From an uncultured Planctomycetales bacterium (GTDB lineage Bacteria; Omnitrophota; Gorgyraeia; Zapsychrales; Zapsychraceae): a stretch of DNA of 46,057 bases. The position numbers and the translations under genes are program-made. Each line of letters begins with the position of its first letter. Positions within the stretch are counted from its first letter, which is position 1. Shown here in pieces: positions 18,980 to 27,828 of the stretch. The notes below the pieces were generated by a model, which was not told the DNA's origin, did no database searches, and saw only the letters and a program-made list of their open reading frames with translations. The stretch is from assembly GCA_964348765.1 (NCBI GenBank), contig CAYGEE010000003.1:1-46057 (forward strand), in the 5' to 3' direction.

Positions 18980-19763
18980 GGATCAGCTCTTTTAACGCGA
19001 TCGCATTAGCGTGATTCGCGTAATATTCAGACCAAAAACGATATTCATGAAGGTCTTCCGGTGTTCCCAAACAAATAAATTTCTGCACTTCAAATAAAGC
19101 GATCTTCTTACCGTCGGCAACCATCGGATTATAGAGCAAACTGCAATAATATTCCGCCCCGACTTTCATGGAATTTGCCATTAACTTTTTCGCATAATGC
19201 TCAAAAGTCGAATAAGAATCCAGAAAATAGATCCCCGTCGACGCATATTCCTCGGAACGATTGGCCGTAAAGGACTGTTTCTCACGGATCTCAACCATCT
19301 CAAAGTCCGCATTAGCCCTAACATATGCATAATTCGTATTGCCAAAAGACGCGGGATGAAATCCTTTAAAGACCGCCATCGCCCCATCATGATTCTGTGC
19401 TTTAAAAACAAACTGACGATAATCCCACTGCATCAGAAAATCACAATACGTAATAAGGATCGGTTCTTCCACATCCGCAAAACTGTTCTTTACCGACAAA
19501 ATACTGTGAACAGGGCCAAGCTCATGTTCTTTGATCCCGATGATCTTCGAATGAACGGCGCTTTTTTTTAAAATATTAAAATAATCATTATTGCGTAAAT
19601 GGTCTTCACTGCAGATAAAGATAAATTCGTCAGACGCCGAGAACATTCGGCAAACGCGTTCGATCATCGGTTTACCGTCAATGAGAATAAATGGTTTGGG
19701 AGTTTTATATCCGGCCGCGGCGAAACGTCTTGATTGACCGGCCATAGGGATGACAATTCTCAT
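18972..19763 (-). CDS. Sugar/polyol-phosphate nucleotidyltransferase family protein (tandem paralog)
   Basis: Start moved to ATG 19763 (MRIVIPMAGQSRRF). This avoids overlap with the upstream stop at 19775 and matches the paralog's N-terminus. 8-nt overlap with the downstream gene. Confidence 0.65.
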   Translation of the reverse strand: MRIVIPMAGQSRRFAAAGYKTPKPFILIDGKPMIERVCRMFSASDEFIFICSEDHLRNNDYFNILKKSAVHSKIIGIKEHELGPVHSILSVKNSFADVEEPILITYCDFLMQWDYRQFVFKAQNHDGAMAVFKGFHPASFGNTNYAYVRANADFEMVEIREKQSFTANRSEEYASTGIYFLDSYSTFEHYAKKLMANSMKVGAEYYCSLLYNPMVADGKKIALFEVQKFICLGTPEDLHEYRFWSEYYANHANAIALKELIHD

Positions 19764-19774
19764 AAAAATACTCT

Positions 19775-20683
19775 CTAAATACTGACAAAAGGACGCCAAT
19801 ATTCGATCGATGCTTTGATGTGATCGACGACTTGACGATCAAAGGGTTGACGTTCCCGAAAACTTAATTCCAAAAGCAACGTCACATCTTTAACGCCAGC
19901 TTTCTCTAATGCTTTGATCATTTTAAAAGGCCGGATCTTTCCATCCTTATTTTTCTCAGGAATAAACGGCCAATGACCGCCCTTATTCTTAAGCGATTGT
20001 TTAATATGAATAAGCGGGGATTCTTTCGCAAATTCCTTGATCCAAACATAAGGATCAGTATCATCGGGATCTGTTGAGGACACATCTCCATGATCAACAT
20101 CTAAACATAACTTCATCGGAAGTGCGATATGATCATTAACGATCGCTTGGATCCGCCGAGTTTCCAAAAGGGTCTCTCCCATTTCCCGCGGAACGGACAT
20201 CGGTTCCCACAAAAGATATTTTAGCCCGCGGCCTTTGGCATATTGGGCGATCTTTTGCCAGGCTTCAACATTTTGAAAAAATCTCGTCTGTCTTTTTTCC
20301 GCATCATCGCAATCAGGTTGAGTTAAGATCCCAAAATGACTGCCCATACTTTCCGCGCCGACATCGATGGAAATATCAACAAATTTATAAAACCACTTTA
20401 ACCAATGATCCCGGATCTCTTTATCAGGATGAGCCAAATGATTTAATCTAGTAAACGCACCCGTAAAAGTATGTTTGATCTCAACATGATGCTTTCGAGA
20501 CAGTTGATTGATCTTCTTGATCTGAGATCTGATAATTTCTGCAGGTAACGAAGGACTTAAAAGATCTGCTGTCATTTGAACGATCCGCAGCCCAAACACA
20601 TCTCCGACAAGAGGGATCCATTCTTGCGCCGCACTAAATCGATTTACAGCAAAACCAGTATTAATACCAAGCCGGACCTTCAC
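19775..20683 (-). CDS. Sugar-phosphate isomerase/epimerase, xylose-isomerase-like TIM barrel
   Basis: GTG 20683 chosen: GGAGG lies 12 nt upstream and the site is 5 nt after the rpe stop. The N-terminus VKVRLGINTGFAV is typical of the family. The track ORF (to 20809) would overlap rpe by 121 nt. Confidence 0.65.
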   Translation of the reverse strand: MKVRLGINTGFAVNRFSAAQEWIPLVGDVFGLRIVQMTADLLSPSLPAEIIRSQIKKINQLSRKHHVEIKHTFTGAFTRLNHLAHPDKEIRDHWLKWFYKFVDISIDVGAESMGSHFGILTQPDCDDAEKRQTRFFQNVEAWQKIAQYAKGRGLKYLLWEPMSVPREMGETLLETRRIQAIVNDHIALPMKLCLDVDHGDVSSTDPDDTDPYVWIKEFAKESPLIHIKQSLKNKGGHWPFIPEKNKDGKIRPFKMIKALEKAGVKDVTLLLELSFRERQPFDRQVVDHIKASIEYWRPFVSI

Positions 20684-20688
20684 GATTC

Positions 20689-21387
20689 TTACGAGCCTCC
20701 TCTTAACTTTAATCCCTGCGCGATAAAACCGCGCATCTTCGCGATAGATTCCTTTAACGGAATACCTGAAACGAACAATCCCGACGAACCGCCCACAAGA
20801 ACATCGCAACCGGCAGCAACCATATTCGTGATGTTTTCCTTATTAACATTTCCGTCAACGCTGATCTGCAAAGAAAGTTTATCTTTCAACCGCCATTCGT
20901 GAAGTTTTTCGATCTTCTTTATCGTCTGCGGAACAAGTTTCTGTCCGGCATATCCAGGATTAACGGTCATGATCGTGACCTGATCGACTTCTTCAATAAC
21001 ATATTCGATCGCATTAAGCGGTGTGGCGGGATTTAAAATGATCCCTGCTTTAAAACCCAATTGTTTGATCTTAATAAGATCCCGATGCAGATTCCGGCAA
21101 GCTTCATAATGGATCGACAAGACCGAGCCTTCCTGCGGCTCAAAATTATGTAAAATGCGGGATGGCTCTTCGACCATCAAATGATAATCCGATTGGATCT
21201 TCGTATTCTTACGGATCACATTGATAATTTGAGTCCCCAAACAATAATCCGGACAAAAAAAACCATCCATGACATCGTAATGCATATAGGAAATACCTTC
21301 CTGCTCGAGGATCTTAATATCCTCCTCAAGCCGCATCCAATTCGCGCACATCACCGATGCTGAAATTTTAATATCGCTTGGTTTCAT
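20689..21387 (-). CDS. rpe: Ribulose-phosphate 3-epimerase
   Basis: 232 aa. SASVMCANW, HYDVMDGFF, HLMV, MTVNPGYAGQK, SVDGNV and VGGSSGLF match the Rpe barrel motifs. Confidence 0.85.
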   Translation of the reverse strand: MKPSDIKISASVMCANWMRLEEDIKILEQEGISYMHYDVMDGFFCPDYCLGTQIINVIRKNTKIQSDYHLMVEEPSRILHNFEPQEGSVLSIHYEACRNLHRDLIKIKQLGFKAGIILNPATPLNAIEYVIEEVDQVTIMTVNPGYAGQKLVPQTIKKIEKLHEWRLKDKLSLQISVDGNVNKENITNMVAAGCDVLVGGSSGLFVSGIPLKESIAKMRGFIAQGLKLRGGS

Positions 21388-21416
21388 TGTTTTTCTCTCT
21401 ATTAGGATTTTACGCT

Positions 21417-21495
21417 TGTGTCATTGCGAGCGCTTTTTGCGAAGCAATCTTTTAAAAAGATTGCTTCGGCCCAAAAACGGCCTCGCAAAGACACA
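21417..21495. repeat. Nested-palindrome repeat, copy 3 (short form)
   Basis: tgtgtcattgcgagcgctttttgcgaagcaatcttttaaaaagattgcttcggcccaaaaacggcctcgcaaagacaca. Confidence 0.9.
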
Positions 21496-21523
21496 GGACA
21501 ATATCCAAAAGTAAAAATCCCAT

Positions 21524-22579
21524 CTATGGGATAACAACAACTTTCAAACCGATCCTTTTTTTCGATGTATCAAATGCTTCTACGATATTCTCCAAAGAAA
21601 ATCGATGCGTAATAAGATCGGCAACTTTAACCTTCTTTTTAGCGATCAAAGCAACAGCCATCTTATGCTGACGCGGTGTCGAACCATGCGAACCGGTCAC
21701 ATAAGCTTCTTTATAATGGATATCATTTGAAAAAATATTAATATTGCGGCTATCCGCCGACAATCCACCAAAGAAATTAAGAACTCCTCTTTTCGCCAAC
21801 AACTTAACGGCCGCTTCCTGCGCATCCGCCGACGGACAAGCGGTAAAGATCGCATCAAAACCTTCCTGTTGTGTTAAACGTAACGCTGTCTTCACAAGAT
21901 CATTTTTTTCTGTATGGATCATATGATCTGGAGCAAATCTCTTAGATGTCTTTAGCCGTGCCTGATCCTGATCAGCAATGACAATTAACGACGCCCCCAA
22001 CGCTTTTGCGGTCTGAAGCAGCAATAATCCGATAGGGCCGGCACCGATAATAAGAACCGATTTCCCCTTTGAAAAACAAACCCGTTCAAATCCATTGATA
22101 CAGCAAGCCAAAGGCTCGGCGAGTGCCGCTTCTTCCATTTTGACACCTTTAGGAATTTTACAGATCGGTCCATATTTGACAACCATTTCATTCAATAAAC
22201 AATATTGAGCGAATCCTCCGGCAAATTGATAACCCATCGCATAATTGATGCCGCAGCAATTGCCGTCGCCTCTTTTGCAATATTGACATTTTCCACAAGG
22301 AACATCCGCGCCGATCGATAATTGATCACCTATCTTAAAACCTTTGACATTCTTACCGATAGCTGCAACTTCACCCGCCATTTCATGCCCGATGATCGCC
22401 GGAAATTTAACACGTTTGTTCCCAGAACTCATGATACGGATATCTGATCCGCAGATCGAGCAAGCCTTAACTTTCAGAAGGATTGTCCCAGCTCGAAGTA
22501 TGGGCATAGGAACATCTTCGACCATGATCTTATCAAACCCGCGTAAAACAGCAGCTCTCATTTTCTCTTGTAATGCCAT
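21524..22579 (-). CDS. Zinc-dependent medium-chain alcohol/polyol(-phosphate) dehydrogenase (sorbitol/threonine DH-like)
   Basis: 351 aa. CSICGSD, GHEMAGEV, CGKCQYCKRG, IIGAGPIGL. Confidence 0.8.
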   Translation of the reverse strand: MALQEKMRAAVLRGFDKIMVEDVPMPILRAGTILLKVKACSICGSDIRIMSSGNKRVKFPAIIGHEMAGEVAAIGKNVKGFKIGDQLSIGADVPCGKCQYCKRGDGNCCGINYAMGYQFAGGFAQYCLLNEMVVKYGPICKIPKGVKMEEAALAEPLACCINGFERVCFSKGKSVLIIGAGPIGLLLLQTAKALGASLIVIADQDQARLKTSKRFAPDHMIHTEKNDLVKTALRLTQQEGFDAIFTACPSADAQEAAVKLLAKRGVLNFFGGLSADSRNINIFSNDIHYKEAYVTGSHGSTPRQHKMAVALIAKKKVKVADLITHRFSLENIVEAFDTSKKRIGLKVVVIP

Positions 22580-22581
22580 CT

Positions 22582-24477
22582 TTAAATATCCAAATAATAA
22601 AAATTAGAAAATCGATCCTTCTCAAAAGATCTGATCTTTAACGATCGTGAGATCTCTCCGAAAGACTGGATGACTTTGACATTGTATTTATCAACTTCAT
22701 AAGAAACATCCATATTCCGAAACATTTTAAGGATCTTATCTTGATAACTTGCCAGATCTTCCTTCGTCATGACCCGATGATGCCAAACGAGCCAATATCC
22801 AAAACCATCCGCCAAGGTCTCGTCAGTCAAAACAAAGTTATTCTTCCGATAATTCCGAGACAATTCCTCATTAGGAAGCAAAAACTCAATAAAGCGCTTT
22901 TCATCCCAATTAAAGATCCGCGCATAGAGAACAATACGCTCGATTATATCATCTGAACTCAAATTGTTATTGAAAGAGTTCACAAAAAGTGACGGATGTT
23001 TTGAAAAAACCGGCAAAAAAAGATTCACAGCCAAGTCTTCCGAAACGACCATCGCACCTGCGGGAGTCTTTCTGATCGCTTCCTTCGAAAGCTCTTCAAC
23101 GATCCGCATCCTTCCGGCCGTTAATTTACTGTGCATTTGATAATATTTAAAGCTCGAAACAACAACCACAAAAGAGATACAAAGGATCCCAAAAGCGGCA
23201 ATGAGCGTTCGAAATTTGATAAAACAGTTATTAATAATATCGTGTATTTTCTGCGCCCATTGATTCTTCCAATCGCTATGGAACAATGATTTAAACGGGG
23301 TCGCAAAGAAATAAATGATCGGCAAATAATACAAATACCGGCAGAAAAAATTCCCGATCCGAACAGAGAACAAATGCGGCTGAAAGAACGACCCGAAGAT
23401 CAAATGCAGATTAAGAATAATTATCTCCACTCCGATCAGAATAAAGATCGGCGTGAACTTATAAAAAAGTTCGAAATAATCCCCACAATAAACCCACACT
23501 AAAAGGATCGTCACTGCGATCGGCAGAACATAAGACAACATAATGCCCCAATCATTAACAATGATCCCCGCTTCCCGATTATAGATCCCCAACTTGCCAA
23601 GCGCCTGACTTCCGCCATGCGTTGAAAGGTCCCACCAAGTCAAAAAATAGGGCAGAATACAGATAACTACGACGATAAAATTCCAAAAAAGCTTTAACCA
23701 CAACTGTTCTTTGCGTGAACTTTTGGGCTGGATCATATGCGCGAAGATCAAATAAAAAAACCAAAACATGATCCCCGCCACAAAGTTATAAAGATACAAA
23801 TAAAGGTTCAGCGACCATAAAATAGTCAAAACAATAGACCGTCGTAAAGAAACTTTATAAGTCTGTGTTGAAAAATAAAAAATAGCGATAAAGATAACGA
23901 AAGATAAGCTTGGGAATGGAACTCTTGAGATCTCAAGCGGCAATAAACTGGACCGCGCCAGGACGTCCCCGTGCTGCAGCAAAAAATCAGCGATAAATCT
24001 CAGCGATGAAAAATCATTAAAGAACGTCACACCGAAAAAAGCCAACAACACCGCCCAAGCCTTTGAAACATAACGATTGTAAATCAGAACAAGGATCCAA
24101 AAAGAGATTAAAGGCAAAAGTGTGTGCATCAACAGAAAATAAATGTCAGTATTCGCAAAACTGATCCATTGATAAATGATCCCATTAATAAAAACTGTCA
24201 GCGCCGGAAATAATGACGGATGTGTCGCCGCCGGGAAAGCCAGGGGAGCCACAGGTAACGGTGTTGCAAGTGAGAAATGTGTAGCAAATGGTAAATAGCA
24301 GTACACTTCTTCAAAAGTAAACAAACTTGTGTTAACAACGGGATAAAGATGCGGCCACTCTCCAGACAGCAAGATCAAAATATCCTTAAGTCCGAATAAA
24401 ACGATCAAGAACACCGACAAAAAGAAACTGCCGATCGTTAGTAAATTTTGATCATCAGATGAATTATTTCTTGGCAC
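22582..24477 (-). CDS. Large polytopic membrane protein with soluble C-terminal domain; putative glycan polymerase or GT-C-like enzyme
   Basis: 631 aa. Hydrophobic for ~440 aa, then a hydrophilic tail. GTG start at 24477; there is no nearby ATG. Confidence 0.3.
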   Translation of the reverse strand: MPRNNSSDDQNLLTIGSFFLSVFLIVLFGLKDILILLSGEWPHLYPVVNTSLFTFEEVYCYLPFATHFSLATPLPVAPLAFPAATHPSLFPALTVFINGIIYQWISFANTDIYFLLMHTLLPLISFWILVLIYNRYVSKAWAVLLAFFGVTFFNDFSSLRFIADFLLQHGDVLARSSLLPLEISRVPFPSLSFVIFIAIFYFSTQTYKVSLRRSIVLTILWSLNLYLYLYNFVAGIMFWFFYLIFAHMIQPKSSRKEQLWLKLFWNFIVVVICILPYFLTWWDLSTHGGSQALGKLGIYNREAGIIVNDWGIMLSYVLPIAVTILLVWVYCGDYFELFYKFTPIFILIGVEIIILNLHLIFGSFFQPHLFSVRIGNFFCRYLYYLPIIYFFATPFKSLFHSDWKNQWAQKIHDIINNCFIKFRTLIAAFGILCISFVVVVSSFKYYQMHSKLTAGRMRIVEELSKEAIRKTPAGAMVVSEDLAVNLFLPVFSKHPSLFVNSFNNNLSSDDIIERIVLYARIFNWDEKRFIEFLLPNEELSRNYRKNNFVLTDETLADGFGYWLVWHHRVMTKEDLASYQDKILKMFRNMDVSYEVDKYNVKVIQSFGEISRSLKIRSFEKDRFSNFYYLDI

Positions 24478-24482
24478 GTCCC

Positions 24483-25781
24483 TTACGTCCTTCCCAATAA
24501 TCCGTGTTTAACAAGCATTTTTGCCGCATAACGTATCGCTTGAATATCCAATCCTGAACGCGTCGCGATATCTAAGAGCGAATTCTGTCCGTCAGAAAGA
24601 TTCAAAACCCAAAGAATGGCCGTTTGATCGATCTTCGCCTTCTTTTGACCGCCAATATTCCCATAAAGGCCTCTTCGTCCTAACTGAGGTTCTCCCTTAG
24701 GACTAAGATTAACAAAATACTCCTCTTTTTCAAATTGAGCCACAATATCCTGACAGATTTCTAAAGTTTCCGCAAGACTGTCCTCTGAGATAAAGTTCAG
24801 GTCATCAGCCGAGGTATGATATTCTGGAAATTCTCCGTAAACAGATCGGATCAGAGAACCTACCGGTAAATCAAACCCCGGAGAACAAAACTGCCGCTCA
24901 TCACTTCCCATCGGAAAAAATTCACGAACCTTAAAAGGCTTTTGTCTTTGCTCAAGGACTCTTTGGACAACCTTATCAACACGACTCTCCCCTCGCCGGC
25001 TTTTTTTATACGTGATCGATCCTCGATCTCCAACACAAGTTAAGACCAATCCCGCCTTGACCCGATCAAGACCTTTTTCATTTCTGCTTAACCAAGTAAT
25101 AGCCCCGATCGTCTCGGGAATAAAAAGGAATCGATAGCTCACATTTAATTTCTTCTTCAAAAGACTTTTCGCTAGAGACGCCGCGACAACAACGCCGCTT
25201 AAATTATCATTACACAACGACGGATGACAAGTATAACAAGTAAAAAGAACCTCCTCCTTACTTTTCCCCTTGATCAAAAGTTCGCCATAGGTTAAAGATC
25301 CCTTTTTATGCTCAGAATCGATCAGAACTTCATAATGATCTTCCGGCAATCGATCAAGCTGGTCCTGACTCAAACAAAAACCCCAATTCTTTTTATAATA
25401 AGACGTTAAATAAGGGATCCACTTCGGATGGTCCGGCAAGGTGAACAAATGCGGCTTCAATTCTTTCAAAGACATTTTCGCGCGGATAGCCGTGCTATAA
25501 TTTAAAACGTGCAAATTATTCTTCTTAAAATCAACAACCCGTTCTCCTCGAGAATTCTTAATATAGGCGTCTTTAATATTCCATTCATCCGGCACAACCC
25601 AATCTAAAACTTTCGTAGAAGAAGGCACTTCATGAACCGTAAGAGGAATGTGTTTTCTTAATATCCGCATCGATTCACGGACACCATCTCCGGTGATGCT
25701 TCTGCAAATAGGAAATAATTCTTTCATGAGAAAATACATCTGCGGCCCCGAAGAATTCTGTGTTTTCAAATTTCTTTTCAT
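24483..25781 (-). CDS. Aminopeptidase-like (M28-fold) DUF2172/DUF4910-type protein with C-terminal winged-helix-like tail
   Basis: LFPICRSITGDGVRES...EVPSSTKVLDWVVPDEWNI...NLHVLNYS matches my memory of this family. Start set to ATG 25781 (TAAAATG junction with the upstream stop) instead of the track's 25817. Confidence 0.55.
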   Translation of the reverse strand: MKRNLKTQNSSGPQMYFLMKELFPICRSITGDGVRESMRILRKHIPLTVHEVPSSTKVLDWVVPDEWNIKDAYIKNSRGERVVDFKKNNLHVLNYSTAIRAKMSLKELKPHLFTLPDHPKWIPYLTSYYKKNWGFCLSQDQLDRLPEDHYEVLIDSEHKKGSLTYGELLIKGKSKEEVLFTCYTCHPSLCNDNLSGVVVAASLAKSLLKKKLNVSYRFLFIPETIGAITWLSRNEKGLDRVKAGLVLTCVGDRGSITYKKSRRGESRVDKVVQRVLEQRQKPFKVREFFPMGSDERQFCSPGFDLPVGSLIRSVYGEFPEYHTSADDLNFISEDSLAETLEICQDIVAQFEKEEYFVNLSPKGEPQLGRRGLYGNIGGQKKAKIDQTAILWVLNLSDGQNSLLDIATRSGLDIQAIRYAAKMLVKHGLLGRT

Positions 25782-25782
25782 T

Positions 25783-26568
25783 TTAGATGGAACCTTTAAC
25801 AAGAAATGCTGGATCAACTTTCAATTGTTCCTTAATAAGATCAAACGTATCCCGCGCGCTTATTTGTAAAACTTGCCCTTTACCGAGATCCGCGCATTTT
25901 GCAAACGACAATTCCTTGGCTTTGGTATCAAATTTCACAAAGTCCGACGCATGCGAAGGCTTTTTAAGGTCATGAACAAAATGATAAAAAGTCCGAGAAC
26001 ACTCCTGCCCGTCGATAATGGAAACCCCTGGGAAAGCCTTATCAAAACGATACGGAACTTTTAACGTTTTCTCGCAAAAATGGATCAAAGTCGATCCGGA
26101 ATCAAAATTAAAATTACAGATCTTACCACCAGCCTCAAAAAACTTCGCCCAAAATGATCCCGGCCCGAAAGAATGCTCCGGAGCATCGCTGGTAAATTCC
26201 GTCGCCCGTTTCCCAATCGCGCTTACCGAGAAATTCGCATCATCAGAACGAATCGATTGCGGGTCTTTGCGAAAACTCTCCGACAAAAAACCGCAAACGC
26301 TCATGGTCATCTTCTTATCATAGATCTGCTTATTACAAAAACTATACGTAAAAACCGGCACAACAATCGTCCCGTCGGGACCTAAGACATTTAAGATCGC
26401 GGATTTAAATAAACGATAATACTCCTGCGGTGTCGCCGCATCCTTTAATTTCCCAAAAAATCCGATATTGCTGTGAATAAAAATACTGTCGCCTTTTACA
26501 AGACCAACTTTTTGAAGACTTTTCTCAATGTCTTCCTTCGTAAAATCATAACGATCATTTGCCGGCAT
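25783..26568 (-). CDS. AAC(3)-fold N-acyltransferase (aminoglycoside N3-acetyltransferase family). Likely a sugar N-acyltransferase here.
   Basis: DSIFIHSNIGFFG...GTIVVPVFTY...TLIHFCE pattern. ATG 26568 has GAAGGT about 8 nt upstream; the track start, TTG 26583, is less likely. Confidence 0.6.
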   Translation of the reverse strand: MPANDRYDFTKEDIEKSLQKVGLVKGDSIFIHSNIGFFGKLKDAATPQEYYRLFKSAILNVLGPDGTIVVPVFTYSFCNKQIYDKKMTMSVCGFLSESFRKDPQSIRSDDANFSVSAIGKRATEFTSDAPEHSFGPGSFWAKFFEAGGKICNFNFDSGSTLIHFCEKTLKVPYRFDKAFPGVSIIDGQECSRTFYHFVHDLKKPSHASDFVKFDTKAKELSFAKCADLGKGQVLQISARDTFDLIKEQLKVDPAFLVKGSI

Positions 26569-26833
26569 TGATCTTACCTTCAATAATCGCTGTTATCCCG
26601 TCAATAGTCGCGAAACTCCGGTCCTGAAATTCATCATTCGAAAAGCGGATATCAAACTTCTCCTCAATATTCGTAATAAGCGTGACAAAACTAAAAGAAT
26701 CGATCCAACCTTTTTCCAAATAATTGATCGTCACATTCTTTTGGATCTCATTTTCCAGAACATCTGAATTCTGCACGAACCAACCGATGATCCAGCTTTT
26801 CACATTCGTCATTATCTTTTCTTTCTCGGTCAT
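26555..26833 (-). CDS. Acyl/peptidyl carrier protein
   Basis: ~92 aa from ATG 26833; the track's GTG 26848 lies in the repeat edge. Phosphopantetheine-site motif GWIDSFSFVTLI (DSx). Confidence 0.75.
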   Translation of the reverse strand: MTEKEKIMTNVKSWIIGWFVQNSDVLENEIQKNVTINYLEKGWIDSFSFVTLITNIEEKFDIRFSNDEFQDRSFATIDGITAIIEGKINAGK

Positions 26834-26847
26834 CGTTAATCTTAACA

Positions 26848-26995
26848 CCGTGTGCGAATTATTAGCTTCTGTGTCATTGCGAGCGCTTTTTGCGAAGCAA
26901 TCTTATAGAATACTCTAAAAGATTGCTTCGTCGCCTTTTACATGAAAACTTTGAAGCTCCTCGCAATGACACAAAGAGAAAAAATCGTACACGGC
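26848..26995. repeat. Nested-palindrome repeat, copy 4 (long form; core 26870..26973)
   Basis: Begins immediately after the cyclase stop codon (TAA|TGCCGTGTACGA on the minus strand) and ends at the ACP start region. Confidence 0.9.
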
Positions 26996-26996
26996 A

Positions 26997-27653
26997 TTAA
27001 TCCTTATACAAGCAAACTCTCGCCGGAGCGCCGTCCGCGCCTTTTAAGCGAAGCGGCATAATGCTGATATTCCAATCCTTATAATCGGTCAGATCATTTA
27101 AATTCGCTAAATATTCCAAAAGAACGATCTCGGCTTTCAATAAGATCTTATGGATCTTAGAATCTTCGCTCGTCCCCATCTTCGTCCGACTATCGTCGGG
27201 TGACGGTGTATCCATCCCCAAAACCCGCACCCCTTTTTCAACAAAGAGCCTGGCAGCATCTTCTGTAAAAGCCGGATAGCTGTAATAAAATTTTTCTTTA
27301 TTCCCCCAGTATTTCCCCCAGCCGAATTTAAAGACCATCCGCTCTGTAAGTGTGATCCCTTTAAGCATCTGGGCTGTTACATTCTCATATTCTTTCATAA
27401 AAGAAAAGTCAACGATCGTCACCGGCCCGATGAGCTGCGACAACGGGATCCGTTCGATACTTTTACTCCCCTTTAAAAAATGCAGCGGCGCATCGATATG
27501 TGTTCCGGTATGCGTCCCGAATGTCACTTCACGGGTCTCGCGACCTTCCACTTCGATCCGCCCCATTTGTTTGATAGTCACTTTCGGATGCCACGGCGCG
27601 TGAAAGGTGAGCATTCCTTCTTCGATGTCATACGTCAGATCAACGATTTTCAT
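26997..27653 (-). CDS. Cyclase-family metal-dependent hydrolase (kynurenine formamidase-like)
   Basis: 218 aa. HTGTHIDAPLHF equals the HxGTHxDxPxH signature. AGGAA SD upstream. Flanked on both sides by repeat copies. Confidence 0.75.
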   Translation of the reverse strand: MKIVDLTYDIEEGMLTFHAPWHPKVTIKQMGRIEVEGRETREVTFGTHTGTHIDAPLHFLKGSKSIERIPLSQLIGPVTIVDFSFMKEYENVTAQMLKGITLTERMVFKFGWGKYWGNKEKFYYSYPAFTEDAARLFVEKGVRVLGMDTPSPDDSRTKMGTSEDSKIHKILLKAEIVLLEYLANLNDLTDYKDWNISIMPLRLKGADGAPARVCLYKD

Positions 27654-27704
27654 AAGAGTTCCTATTCTTTAAAAAGTTTAGAATTTTTGCGATTGAATCA
27701 TCTC

Positions 27705-27810
27705 TGTGTCATTGCGATCCGCCACGCTTTATGGCGGAGAAGCAATCTTTTAAAAGATTGCTTCGTCACTTCTGCCTGCCGACAAGCAGGCCGTTCCTCG
27801 CAAAGACACA
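27705..27810. repeat. Nested-palindrome repeat, copy 5 (variant with extra internal hairpins)
   Basis: tgtgtcattgcgatCCGCCAcgctttaTGGCGGagaagcaatcttttaaaagattgcttcgtcacttCTGCCTGCcgacaaGCAGGCcgttcctcgcaaagacaca. Confidence 0.85.
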
Positions 27811-27828
27811 ACCGCGAAATTCTTGGAA

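Noticed and set aside
25783-26568. An AAC(3)-family gene acting as an aminoglycoside-resistance determinant
   Set aside because: It is translationally coupled to an ACP and a DUF2172/DUF4910-like gene inside a glycan locus. There is no mobile-element context. A sugar N-acyltransferase role is more plausible, although resistance activity was not tested.
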